A DNA stretch of 64,000 nt. It comes from Thermodesulfobacteriota bacterium. GTDB taxonomy: Bacteria; Desulfobacterota_D; UBA1144; Nemesobacterales; Mycalebacteriaceae. Within the stretch, counting starts at the first letter, position 1, and each line of letters opens with the position of its first letter. This document shows, one piece after another, positions 27,713 through 37,027 of this stretch. Location: contig OZ245366.1 in the NCBI GenBank assembly GCA_965226585.1, positions 1,230,549 to 1,294,548 of the forward strand, in the 5' to 3' direction. The position numbers and the translations under genes are program-made. Under the pieces are notes generated by a model that was not told the origin of the DNA, made no database searches, and saw only the letters and a program-made list of their open reading frames with translations.

Positions 27713-30646
27713 TTGCAATTCAATTATTGCGACAACCCTCCCCCTCCCTCTGCGACTTGCACCCCAGACAACATATACATCCGATTTTATCACGAACACA
27801 TAAGAACCGTACTGCTTGAACCTCCGGACAAAACCTCCGTTGATGAAACAACCGTCCGTGACGGAACCATCACCATACTCTTTAACAAACAAGGCAGAAT
27901 TGCATCAAGAGTACCGGATGGCGCGAACGGGATTTTGGCAACAACTGAAAACGGCGATATGACCGCAACTTTTGACGGACTGGGTTCGGGAATCTTTATG
28001 TATCCAAGTGGCAAACGCGACACCTACTCAAATGCCAGAGGCGCGACATTCACAAGCGATAGCGGCAATATAAGTGTTTTACTAACAAACTCTGGGTCAA
28101 TCCTCGCGCCGTCTCTGGGAGATTCCCACGGCTTTGTGGCTCAAACGGGAGAGGACGGAGATATAGACATAGTGATGAAAAACGGGAACTCATGCATAGT
28201 AGGCAGAAACGGTGTTAAAGCAACTACTGTTGACGGAGATATACGCATAGAACTGTCGGGCGCGCTGATTCGCGGTATAGGCACAGGCGGATGGGCTTTG
28301 AATGCAACATCGGTAAATGGAGATATCACAATCACAGGCGATGGCACGGGCAACATTGCCTCTCTGAATCATAATAGCAGCGGCGTTTATCTTGACACCG
28401 ATGGTGAGGCAAGCATCAGCAATATTGATATATGGACGCAAGGAGATGGCGGCACAACAATAGAATCGGTGAGCGGCTTGCGTGTAGTATCGGGAAACAT
28501 CTGGGCTAACGGCTCGGGCGGCAATACGGTGGAAGCGGGAACTGTGAATGTGTCGGGCGGAGATATTTTTACGACAGTCCATAACAGCAATGCGGTGGTT
28601 GCGCAGGCGGTGAATATATCGGGTGGAGGGATTTGGACACTCAGAGGCGGGTCATCAGAGAGCATTTTCAGTACCGCCGTGCTTCTCAGAAACGAAGACG
28701 GGCAAGCGGAATTAACGGTTGGAGGAAGCGCGATTGTGTGCGGCGGTGCGCTTTCGGGCATAATCTGCACGGCAAGCGACTATGGCTATGCCGTGCGTGC
28801 TGAGACCCCGGCGGCGACCTATGGCACAAAGATAACAACCGAAGGTAGCGGCAATATAACGGGCAGAATTGGGCTTTCAGACAACAGCGATGTTTTCTAC
28901 AACAACGGCTCTTTCACCGGACACGGAAACACCGGAGCCGGTGATGACAGGGTTGAAAACAAGGGAACCTTCACCCTCACCGGAGATTTTGAAATGGGTG
29001 AAGGCGATGACAGCTTTGTGAACATAGACGGCGGAATGGTAGTAGGCGATGACACTCACACAATAACGCCTACACCGACTACGGGAACACAATCCTCTCC
29101 ACCCCGTCATTCCGCATCCTCTCCTTCCCGTCATTCCGTGCTTGACACGGAATCCAGTATTCAACTGGGTTACCCAATACTGGATTCCTGCTTTCGCAGG
29201 AATGACGGAGGGGGCAGGAATGGCGAGAGTGGGGAATGTCATTCCGCGCCTGCGTCTTCCACCCCGTCAGCAAGCGGCGACAGCCGTTTCCGCCTCTCTT
29301 CTGCAGACCCCGCCCCTGCGGACACAACCGCAACCATTAACTTCGGCGATGGCGATGACCATTTCATAAACAACGGCACAATCGTAATTCAAGATACAGG
29401 CGGCTTTGCGGGCTTGGAGAAAATAACCTTCGGTGAAAACTCAACCGTTATGGTTACCGCAGATTCTACAGAAATGACAACAGACAAACCCCTCATAGAA
29501 CTTGAAGGCGAGATAACCGCAGAGGATGTTAAAGACTTAAACATAAAATTAGCCAACCCCGAAAGACATTCAGACGAATTCGCCCTGTTCAGTGAAACCG
29601 CCTTGCCTGATAATGAAGCCGAAAGGCAAGAGGTATTGAGCATGATAAGCGGCGGTCTTGGTGAAGGCAGTAGCGCGGGGGTGGATTCAAACGGCAATAT
29701 ATTTGTTGTGCTTGCCAATTCCGTTCACTTTAACTACCTGAGAAATTATGACGCAATGATCCAATCCGCTTACCACTCGGATAGTGCCTTCTCAGAAAAA
29801 CTGCGCGGCAGTTGTTACGGCGGGGAAGCGGAGACACAACATTTAAGCGGCGGCTGTCTCTGGGCAGACGCAGGAAGCCGTCATACGAGACACGACACAA
29901 AGGTTAAATACGGAGAAGACGCTTATGTATTTGCCGGTGGTTTGTCCATCCCCGCCGGGCAGTCTGCCGTATCAATCGGCGCAGGTTATGAAACATCAGA
30001 CTTTAACGCCGGAACTGATACAAACGCGGCAGGTGAAAGGTTTATGGCAGGATTATCAGTAGCAGGTGAGATTTGGAAAAGAGTTATCGCGGATGCAAGA
30101 ACACAGTTTGCAAAAGCGGCATGGGAATCAACATCCGCAAGGGGAGAAGATGCCTACTCCGCAAAGACAAATATAACAACATGGTCTGCCGCAATAGGGG
30201 CGGAGATGCCGTTTTTCCCCGGTGGTGTATTTATGGTGGTTCCGCGTCTTGAAGCGGGAGTAGCCCGTGTATCTGCGGACAGTTTCATGGAAACCGGCGG
30301 CGGAGATATGCCTCTTTCTGTAGGCGGATTATCACAAACATATTTGCGTGTAACTCCATCGGTAACGGCTTATGCTCCCGCAGGGGAAAGTGTAAATATG
30401 TGGATGACCGCCGGAGCGGACGCTCATTTAACAGACCCCAAGACAGACTTAAAAGCCACCTTCTCTCCTGATGACCCTGTGAATACAAAAGGCGGTTTTG
30501 AACGCATAAACATAAGATACAGCGCGGGTGCTGAGGTAAGTCCGTTAAAAGGTGTAAGTGTTCGTGTTGCGTATAGCGGCGGGGTTTCCACTACCTTTGA
30601 TACGCTTACGCAGACATTTACGGCAAGGTTCGGAGTGGCGTTTTAG
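27713..30646 (+). CDS. Autotransporter adhesin-like protein; natural start probably ATG 27621, out of frame (frameshifted leader)
   Basis: 977-aa ORF paralogous to 23753..27529. The in-frame upstream codons read IFFLSFFLTAVTLTAIAPVPAYSQ (signal-like) but have no in-frame ATG/GTG/TTG. Confidence 0.85.
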   Translation: MQFNYCDNPPPPSATCTPDNIYIRFYHEHIRTVLLEPPDKTSVDETTVRDGTITILFNKQGRIASRVPDGANGILATTENGDMTATFDGLGSGIFMYPSGKRDTYSNARGATFTSDSGNISVLLTNSGSILAPSLGDSHGFVAQTGEDGDIDIVMKNGNSCIVGRNGVKATTVDGDIRIELSGALIRGIGTGGWALNATSVNGDITITGDGTGNIASLNHNSSGVYLDTDGEASISNIDIWTQGDGGTTIESVSGLRVVSGNIWANGSGGNTVEAGTVNVSGGDIFTTVHNSNAVVAQAVNISGGGIWTLRGGSSESIFSTAVLLRNEDGQAELTVGGSAIVCGGALSGIICTASDYGYAVRAETPAATYGTKITTEGSGNITGRIGLSDNSDVFYNNGSFTGHGNTGAGDDRVENKGTFTLTGDFEMGEGDDSFVNIDGGMVVGDDTHTITPTPTTGTQSSPPRHSASSPSRHSVLDTESSIQLGYPILDSCFRRNDGGGRNGESGECHSAPASSTPSASGDSRFRLSSADPAPADTTATINFGDGDDHFINNGTIVIQDTGGFAGLEKITFGENSTVMVTADSTEMTTDKPLIELEGEITAEDVKDLNIKLANPERHSDEFALFSETALPDNEAERQEVLSMISGGLGEGSSAGVDSNGNIFVVLANSVHFNYLRNYDAMIQSAYHSDSAFSEKLRGSCYGGEAETQHLSGGCLWADAGSRHTRHDTKVKYGEDAYVFAGGLSIPAGQSAVSIGAGYETSDFNAGTDTNAAGERFMAGLSVAGEIWKRVIADARTQFAKAAWESTSARGEDAYSAKTNITTWSAAIGAEMPFFPGGVFMVVPRLEAGVARVSADSFMETGGGDMPLSVGGLSQTYLRVTPSVTAYAPAGESVNMWMTAGADAHLTDPKTDLKATFSPDDPVNTKGGFERINIRYSAGAEVSPLKGVSVRVAYSGGVSTTFDTLTQTFTARFGVAF
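29105..29246. repeat. In-frame CGTC palindromic element (79-bp core 29129..29207)
   Basis: Same element with one extra base in the central loop. Confidence 0.9.
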
Positions 30647-31089
30647 TTTCGCCTCTTTACCGCACGCGCCATCTCCCTCTCGGCATCCTTCTTCTTAATA
30701 TCCGCCCTCTTGTCAAACTTCTTCTTCCCCTTCCCCAACGCCAACTCCACCTTCGCGTAACCGCCCCTGAAATAAACCTTCGTAGGCACAAGCGCGAAAC
30801 CCTTTATCTGCGTCTTGCCAGTCAACTTGTCTATCTCCCGCTTCTTTAACAACAACTTCCGGGAACGGGTCGGGTCGTAACCATCAATATCCGCCGCCTC
30901 ATACGGCGCGATGTAACTCCCAACAAGAAAAACCTCGCCAGCCCTCGCTACGGCGTAACTCTCCTTTATGCTCGCCTTGCCGCCCCTTAACGATTTAACC
31001 TCGGAGCCGGTTAAAACCATTCCGGCTTCAAACCTCTCCTCTATGCTGTAATCCCTGTTAACCGTGGGGTGTTTGCATACCTGCTTCAT
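30643..31089 (-). CDS. smpB: SsrA-binding protein
   Basis: EAGMVLTGSEVKSLR, RKLLL, GKKKFDKR. Confidence 0.97.
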   Translation of the reverse strand: MKQVCKHPTVNRDYSIEERFEAGMVLTGSEVKSLRGGKASIKESYAVARAGEVFLVGSYIAPYEAADIDGYDPTRSRKLLLKKREIDKLTGKTQIKGFALVPTKVYFRGGYAKVELALGKGKKKFDKRADIKKKDAEREMARAVKRRN

Positions 31090-31094
31090 CAAAA

Positions 31095-31748
31095 TCAGTA
31101 AAAAGTTCCCGCCACTCCAAGAACGGTGGCGATAAAACTGACGGGAGCAAGATCTTCTATGGTGTCCAAACTGGTGTTGGCTTTCAATATCGTGTCTTTC
31201 GCGGCGTGATACAAATCATCCTCATTTACCAACTTCCCTATCGCGCCTTCACCCTCGTCTATCTTCTCAAGAATGGAATCCAAACGCGCCGCCGCACTGG
31301 ACGCCTCACTTAAAAACTTTCCGGCGTCATCTATTATCCCGTCAAAATTATGCGGCTTCTTGCCGTCAAGAGAATCCCCCGAAAAAAGCATCTCGCCACT
31401 GCCGGACGGCAAAGAAAGATTTATGTATCCAGACCCAAGAAAACTGACAAGCCGTATTGATGCAACCGTGTCTGTGGTAACGGGAGTGTTTTTCGCTATC
31501 CGCGCAACCACCTTTATCCTCTCGCCGTCTTCGGAAAACTTTATCTCCTTAACATTGCCGACACGCACGCCCTCCATCTTTACAAGCGTCCCCTCGTTCA
31601 AACCGGACGCAGACTCAAAATAAATGTTCAGATTTTTGTAACTTGAAAAAAACGGCAGGCTTCCCGCGAACTCAAGCACAACAAGAACGGCAAGAATGCC
31701 GGTGAGGAAAAACGCGCCCGTCTTTAAATTTTTTCTTCCGCCTTTCAC
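31095..31748 (-). CDS. mlaD: MCE/MlaD-family periplasmic protein
   Basis: N-terminal TM helix, SGLNEGTLVKMEGVRVGNV MCE signature, GEGAIGKLV tail. Confidence 0.85.
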   Translation of the reverse strand: MKGGRKNLKTGAFFLTGILAVLVVLEFAGSLPFFSSYKNLNIYFESASGLNEGTLVKMEGVRVGNVKEIKFSEDGERIKVVARIAKNTPVTTDTVASIRLVSFLGSGYINLSLPSGSGEMLFSGDSLDGKKPHNFDGIIDDAGKFLSEASSAAARLDSILEKIDEGEGAIGKLVNEDDLYHAAKDTILKANTSLDTIEDLAPVSFIATVLGVAGTFY

Positions 31749-32512
31749 AATTCTTCCTCCCTCTCCGCTTCAAAGAAACTCCTTACAAGAGGGTCTTCAC
31801 TGGCGGAAACCTGTTCAACCGTTCCGGTCTCTATCACCCTTCCGCCATGCATTATAGATAACCGCTCGGCAAGGGTAAAAGCAAGTTGTATGTCGTGCGT
31901 TACAATCATCTGCGTTATGCCGATATTTTCGCGTATGGCGACAATCAGGTCGCTCACGGCTTTTTTTGTGGCGGGGTCAAGCCCGGTTGTCGGCTCGTCA
32001 AACAGCAAAACATCAGGGTTTGTCAGCAAAGCCCGCGCTATGGCGACACGCCTTTTCATTCCACCGCTTAATTGTGAAGGCAAAGCGTCTTCCCTTCCCG
32101 ATATGCCGACAACGGAAAGCGCGGCGCGGGAAAGAGCGGTTATCTCGCGCTCGTTTTTCATAAAAACCCGCTCCCTTAAATACAACTCCACATTCTCCGC
32201 CACCGTCATTGAATTGAAAAGCGCGGACGACTGAAACACAAGAGACACCGTTGCCCCCGCCTCAGAGGGAGGAAGCGAGTTTATCAGCACCTCGCCCTCA
32301 TCCGGCTCTTCCAGTCCGCATATCTGGCGCAAAAGCGTGGTTTTTCCCGAACCGCTTCTGCCGATAACCACCATCATCTCGCCCGCTTTGACCTCAAGAT
32401 TCGCCCCGCTCAAAACCTTAAGTTCACCAAAAGTTTTTGTTACACCTTTAACCTCAATCCCCGTAGGCTTTCCGCACAGATGCGCCATCAGTATTTCAAG
32501 GTCGCCGCTCAT
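31745..32512 (-). CDS. mlaF: MlaF-family ABC ATPase
   Basis: GRSGSGKT, LSGGMKRRV, DEPTTGLDP; lies between mlaE and mlaD. Confidence 0.85.
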   Translation of the reverse strand: MSGDLEILMAHLCGKPTGIEVKGVTKTFGELKVLSGANLEVKAGEMMVVIGRSGSGKTTLLRQICGLEEPDEGEVLINSLPPSEAGATVSLVFQSSALFNSMTVAENVELYLRERVFMKNEREITALSRAALSVVGISGREDALPSQLSGGMKRRVAIARALLTNPDVLLFDEPTTGLDPATKKAVSDLIVAIRENIGITQMIVTHDIQLAFTLAERLSIMHGGRVIETGTVEQVSASEDPLVRSFFEAEREEEL

Positions 32513-32518
32513 AACTTC

Positions 32519-33304
32519 CTACACTATCCCCGCCACAGACAACACTTTGGAGATGAAATAATCGCAAACAAGTATCATCACAATTGACGCCACAACCGCC
32601 CGCGTAACCGAAACCCCTATCTGGCGGGGTCCTCCCCTTGTTTTAAGCCCGATTTTACAGCATATCATCAGGATTACCAGACCGAAGAAAAGCGCCTTTA
32701 TAACGCCGTTCAAAACCGTTTTGTAGGTTACGAAATCGCCGAGATTGTTGAAATACACAACCGCCGGAAGCGACACCTGAGGGTTTGTCGCGCTCACCAC
32801 CGCGCCGCCTATCCAGCCCGTTACTATCATCAAAAGCACCAGCACGGGCATTGATATCGCGAAAGCCACAAGGCGCGGAGTTACGAGAAACTTCACGGGG
32901 TCTATCTTCATCGTTTGGAGCGCGTCTATCTCGTCATAAACCCGCATTGACGCCAGTTCCGCGGTTATCGCCGAACCCAGCCGCCCCGCGACAAGAATTG
33001 AGCACATAACGGGACCTATCTCCCTTGAAACCGCTATCCCCACAAGACCGCCAAGCGTTTCCTGTATGCCGAAACCGGCAAGCAGGGGTCCCGTCTGCAG
33101 GGCAAGCACCGCGCCGCTTGAAAGCCCGATTATCGCCGCCACAACAAGCGTGTCCGCCCCGATAACAACTATCTGGAACATCACCTTGTCTGCGTTCGCC
33201 CTGATGTCTTTGCACCAGTAGACGGACGAAGCAAACAGGGCGAGAGCGTCTCCCGTGAAAGCCGCGAACCGGTGTAAAACTCCCCGCTTCATAACTGTCT
33301 GCAC
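32519..33304 (-). CDS. mlaE: MlaE-family ABC permease (start may be ATG 33292)
   Basis: REIGPV, AGRLGSAITAELASM, EIDAL, PRL motifs. Confidence 0.9.
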   Translation of the reverse strand: MQTVMKRGVLHRFAAFTGDALALFASSVYWCKDIRANADKVMFQIVVIGADTLVVAAIIGLSSGAVLALQTGPLLAGFGIQETLGGLVGIAVSREIGPVMCSILVAGRLGSAITAELASMRVYDEIDALQTMKIDPVKFLVTPRLVAFAISMPVLVLLMIVTGWIGGAVVSATNPQVSLPAVVYFNNLGDFVTYKTVLNGVIKALFFGLVILMICCKIGLKTRGGPRQIGVSVTRAVVASIVMILVCDYFISKVLSVAGIV

Positions 33305-34686
33305 ATCTCCTCGCTTTTTACCGCCTCTCCAATCTTAACAGGCAAAAACAGAAATCTAATCTTCCGCGCTTCAAAATCCGAAGAATATCCAAGCGCGCCG
33401 CCCGCAACCAGAAACGATGACTTCTCGCACGATTTTCTGAATGAGAACGTTCCGAAAAGAAACGAAACCGCCGTTCCCTTTCCTTCCATCGTCCGCACAT
33501 CAAGAGGCCGCCACAAAAAGGCGTAGTTTCTGTAAAGTTTTCCGCTTGACCCTATAAACGGCTCTATGGGCGAGAACATATGAAACCGCGCCGCCCCGCG
33601 CTCGTCCCGCTTGTAAGTGAACAGGGGCCAGAGGTCAACGCGAATGGACTGCCTTTTGTTTGTGTTGTGGGGAATCTCGCGCCGGATTTTCAGGGCGAGA
33701 AGAAAAGTGTCTTTTGTGGAGACGCTTGAAGTCAGGTTGAAGCGGACTGAGGTATAGAGGGGCCAGAGGATAAACCGCGTTTTTTTAACGCCGCGTATTT
33801 CCGATTTTTCAAAAAACGGGAAAAACCGCACCCGCCTTGAGTTGTCAGACTTGCTGAAATTGATAAGGGGCCAGGGCACATGATACGACTTCAAATTGGT
33901 TGCCGAATCCGTGCTTTTCTGAAACAGGGGCCACAGGTACATACGGTGCGACTGGGTTTGGTAGTCAAAACGGTAGTAGAACGGGAAAAACGCCTTGTAG
34001 TATCTATAATTGCGGTCTTCCAGTCTGCCCTTCTCTTTTTCCAGATACAGGGGCCACAGGGCGAAGCGCAGGCGCGAGTTAGAGTCTTTCACAGAGCCGT
34101 AAAGGGGCCAGAAGCGGAAGCCCTCTTTGCCGTCCGAATAGAAACCGATAAGGGGCCAGAGGATGTTGTGCGAAACCCCCGTTTCCGAGCGCGTTTGCAG
34201 GTAGAGCGGGAACATATACGTCTTCACCTTGCCGCCGAAATTGCCGTAGAACGGGGCGAATGAAAACAGGTTTCTTTCAGGCATTTCCGAAGAGCGGTAG
34301 AAAAGCAGCGGGTAGATTCTGAAACTTGTTTCCGTTATGGCGGCGGCTTCCACATCCCTTACCTCTCCGCGCAGGGATATCAGGTTGAAAAGAAAACCCG
34401 CGTTGTAGCCGTTGTGGTCTTTTCTGAAATTGAAAAACGGATACAGCAGTTCCACGTTGAGAGTCTCGCGCTGAAGATTTCTGCTGACATGAAAAAACGG
34501 TCTGAACCCGTATGAGCCCGTCTCTCTGTCGTCATTTCTTGTTTTTACATAGGGACCCAGTTCGTAGGCGGAAGTCTTTTCGCTTGAAAACCCGAAAGGG
34601 TCCGGCTCCATAACAAACGCGCTTGCGGGCGCGGATAAAAGAACGCACAACGCGAAAACCGCCGCCTTGATGACTGTTTTTTTCAA
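33289..34686 (-). CDS. Exported aromatic-rich repeat protein of unknown function
   Basis: Signal peptide ending ASA-F; more than 12 (L/F)(W/Y/F)P(L/F) motifs at roughly 15-25 aa spacing; overlaps alr and mlaE. Confidence 0.8.
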   Translation of the reverse strand: MKKTVIKAAVFALCVLLSAPASAFVMEPDPFGFSSEKTSAYELGPYVKTRNDDRETGSYGFRPFFHVSRNLQRETLNVELLYPFFNFRKDHNGYNAGFLFNLISLRGEVRDVEAAAITETSFRIYPLLFYRSSEMPERNLFSFAPFYGNFGGKVKTYMFPLYLQTRSETGVSHNILWPLIGFYSDGKEGFRFWPLYGSVKDSNSRLRFALWPLYLEKEKGRLEDRNYRYYKAFFPFYYRFDYQTQSHRMYLWPLFQKSTDSATNLKSYHVPWPLINFSKSDNSRRVRFFPFFEKSEIRGVKKTRFILWPLYTSVRFNLTSSVSTKDTFLLALKIRREIPHNTNKRQSIRVDLWPLFTYKRDERGAARFHMFSPIEPFIGSSGKLYRNYAFLWRPLDVRTMEGKGTAVSFLFGTFSFRKSCEKSSFLVAGGALGYSSDFEARKIRFLFLPVKIGEAVKSEEMCRQL

Positions 34687-35780
34687 GATGGCTTAAACAC
34701 CTTCCTGACCGTCTTTCCGCCCATAACGGTCATCACCTCGTAAGGCACGGTGCCGGCCCACGCCGCCACATCGTCAACCGAAACGCGCCCGTCTCCGAAA
34801 AGAACCACCTCATCGCCCACGCAAACGCCGGGAATATCCGTTACGTCAACCGTTGTGGAGTCCATACAAACCTTTCCCGCCACCGGCGCGGCGGCTCCCC
34901 TCACCGATACGTTTGCGCGGTTTGAAAGCGCGCGGAAATAGCCGTCTTTATATCCGGCGGGAACTGTTGCAAGCACAGACGGTTTTTTTGTTACAAATGT
35001 TCCGCCGTATCCTATGGGCTTGCCCGCCTCCACGCGCCTTATGTGCGCGACTGAAGTTTTTATGCTCATCACGGGCTCAAGCCCTTTTTTCTCAAACGAA
35101 GAGCCGTAGAGCATAATTCCGGGGCGCACGGCGTTTCCGAAAGATTCGGGAAACCTTTGCACCGCCGCGCTGTTTGCCATGTGTTTTTGCGCCGCCGCCG
35201 CGCCGCAGTTTTCAAGGGTGGAAACTGCGCGGTTGAAACGGTCTATCTGCCCAAGTGTCGGCTCTTTTTCAGGGGCGGAAGAATAAGCGAGATGGGTAAA
35301 AACGCCGTCAAGCCGCAGGCTTTTCATTTCCCGCGCTTGCCGGGCGAGAGCGGCGGCTTCATCCTCCTCCGCGCCGAAACGCCCCATTCCCGTGTCTATT
35401 TTCAAATGAAAGCCAACCTGTTTTCCGTTCTTCGCCGCAGATGATGAAAGGGATTTGAGGCAATCTGAAGTAAAAATGGAAAGCGTTATGTCCGCCTTTA
35501 CAGACTGCTCAACCATCGCCCCCGGAACGGCTCCGAGAACAAGCACGGGAGCAGACACGCCCGATTCTCTCAATTCAAGTGCCTCCTCCATGGAGGAAAC
35601 TCCAAGCATTGAAACTTGCGGGATTTGTTCAAGAACGCGGGATATTTCAACGGCTCCGTGTCCGTAAGCGTCCGCCTTGACGACCGCTATAATTCCGACA
35701 TCGCCGCCAACCGTCCGCGCTGACAGTTCCACATTGTTTTTCAACGCATTTAAGTCAATTTCAGCCCATACACGGTTCAT
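34683..35780 (-). CDS. alr: Alanine racemase
   Basis: AVVKADAYGHG, KIDTGMGR, VRPGIMLYG, GKVCMD. Confidence 0.97.
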   Translation of the reverse strand: MNRVWAEIDLNALKNNVELSARTVGGDVGIIAVVKADAYGHGAVEISRVLEQIPQVSMLGVSSMEEALELRESGVSAPVLVLGAVPGAMVEQSVKADITLSIFTSDCLKSLSSSAAKNGKQVGFHLKIDTGMGRFGAEEDEAAALARQAREMKSLRLDGVFTHLAYSSAPEKEPTLGQIDRFNRAVSTLENCGAAAAQKHMANSAAVQRFPESFGNAVRPGIMLYGSSFEKKGLEPVMSIKTSVAHIRRVEAGKPIGYGGTFVTKKPSVLATVPAGYKDGYFRALSNRANVSVRGAAAPVAGKVCMDSTTVDVTDIPGVCVGDEVVLFGDGRVSVDDVAAWAGTVPYEVMTVMGGKTVRKVFKPS

Positions 35781-35866
35781 TAAATAACAAGGCGCTGCGG
35801 GAGATTAAAGGCCTCTGATTATGATAAGATACCACTTCAAGGAAAGCAACAGGACACCCCGCCAAT

Positions 35867-37027
35867 ATGAACCCCGCCGAGGCGAGATCAACTCAGATAA
35901 TAGGAATTGTGCTTGCGACCCGTCTGCTGGGAATTTTTCTCATACTTCCGGTTTTCAGCCCCTATGTGATTGACTATCCCGGCTCATCTCACTTTCTCGC
36001 CGGTCTCGCGTTCGGAATGTACGCCCTCACACAGGCGGCTTTACAAATTCCATTCGGACGCGCAAGCGACAGGTTCGGGAGAAAGCCCGTTATTGTGGCG
36101 GGATTGATGATTTTCTGCGCGGGAAGCGTCTGGTGCGGACTTGCGGACGGAATATGGGAATTTGTCGCCGCACGGTCGCTTCAAGGTTGCGGCGCGGTCG
36201 GTTCCGTGGCAATTGCCGCCCTGGGAGACTCCACCAGACCGCAAGTGCGCGGACAGTGCTTTGCGGTAACGGGAATTATCATCGGGGCGAGTTTTATGGT
36301 GTCTATTGTCGCGGGTCCCGCCCTTGTGTCGTGGATTGATTTTCAGGGGCTTTTCTACATAACGGCGGCGCTTGGAGCGGCGGCGGCGGTTATAACCCTG
36401 CTGTTTTTTCCCGAAACGGAAAAGATGCCTGAGCGGTCGCGTGAGGGAGTTCTGTCTGTTTTGCGGAGACGGGGGGCGAGAAAAATTCTGCTCGGCGCGT
36501 TTTTCCTGTCGTCTGTTTTGAGCATATTTCTTTTTGTGTTTCCGCTTAACTGGGAAGAATCCGCCGGAGGGGAAATCTCGCGCATCTGGACGGCGTATCT
36601 TGCCGCGCTCGCTCCCGCCGCGCTGATTACTTATCCGTTTGTGAAACTGATGGAAAAGCGCGGCACGATGAACATACCGCCGTCTGTGGCGATGGTTCTG
36701 CTCGGCGCGGGAACGGCGGCGGCAATGGCAAGCGGCGGAAAAGCGGGAATGATAGCGGCGGGCGCGGCGTTTTTTCTGGGTCATTCCATATTTCAGACGC
36801 TTCTGCCCACCTTTCTCACAAGCATCGTTCCCGAAGGCGAGAGGGGAAACGCGAGCGGTTTTCTCAATCTTGCGGGATTTTCAGGGGCTTTTGCCGGAAG
36901 CGCGCTCGCGGGGCTTCTCTATGCGGCGGGAGCGGGCGCGGCTCTGGCTTTGTGTCTGGCGCTGATAGCGATATGGTTCTTTGCGGGCGCGCCTGAGCCG
37001 CCCGAAGCGGAGGCGGACAAAGCATGA
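35867..37027 (+). CDS. MFS transporter (YajR-like)
   Basis: QIPFGRASDRFGRKP motif A; about 12 hydrophobic segments. Confidence 0.9.
   Translation: MNPAEARSTQIIGIVLATRLLGIFLILPVFSPYVIDYPGSSHFLAGLAFGMYALTQAALQIPFGRASDRFGRKPVIVAGLMIFCAGSVWCGLADGIWEFVAARSLQGCGAVGSVAIAALGDSTRPQVRGQCFAVTGIIIGASFMVSIVAGPALVSWIDFQGLFYITAALGAAAAVITLLFFPETEKMPERSREGVLSVLRRRGARKILLGAFFLSSVLSIFLFVFPLNWEESAGGEISRIWTAYLAALAPAALITYPFVKLMEKRGTMNIPPSVAMVLLGAGTAAAMASGGKAGMIAAGAAFFLGHSIFQTLLPTFLTSIVPEGERGNASGFLNLAGFSGAFAGSALAGLLYAAGAGAALALCLALIAIWFFAGAPEPPEAEADKA

Noticed and set aside
27527-27713. Stop-codon read-through fusing two autotransporters (same frame, only one TAG between them)
   Set aside because: A shared frame has a one-in-three chance; the barrel needs a free C-terminal Phe for BAM assembly, and the downstream gene has its own signal-like leader.
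20523-30646. Diversity-generating retroelement acting on the autotransporters
   Set aside because: No reverse transcriptase in the window, and differences between repeat copies are not adenine-specific by inspection.
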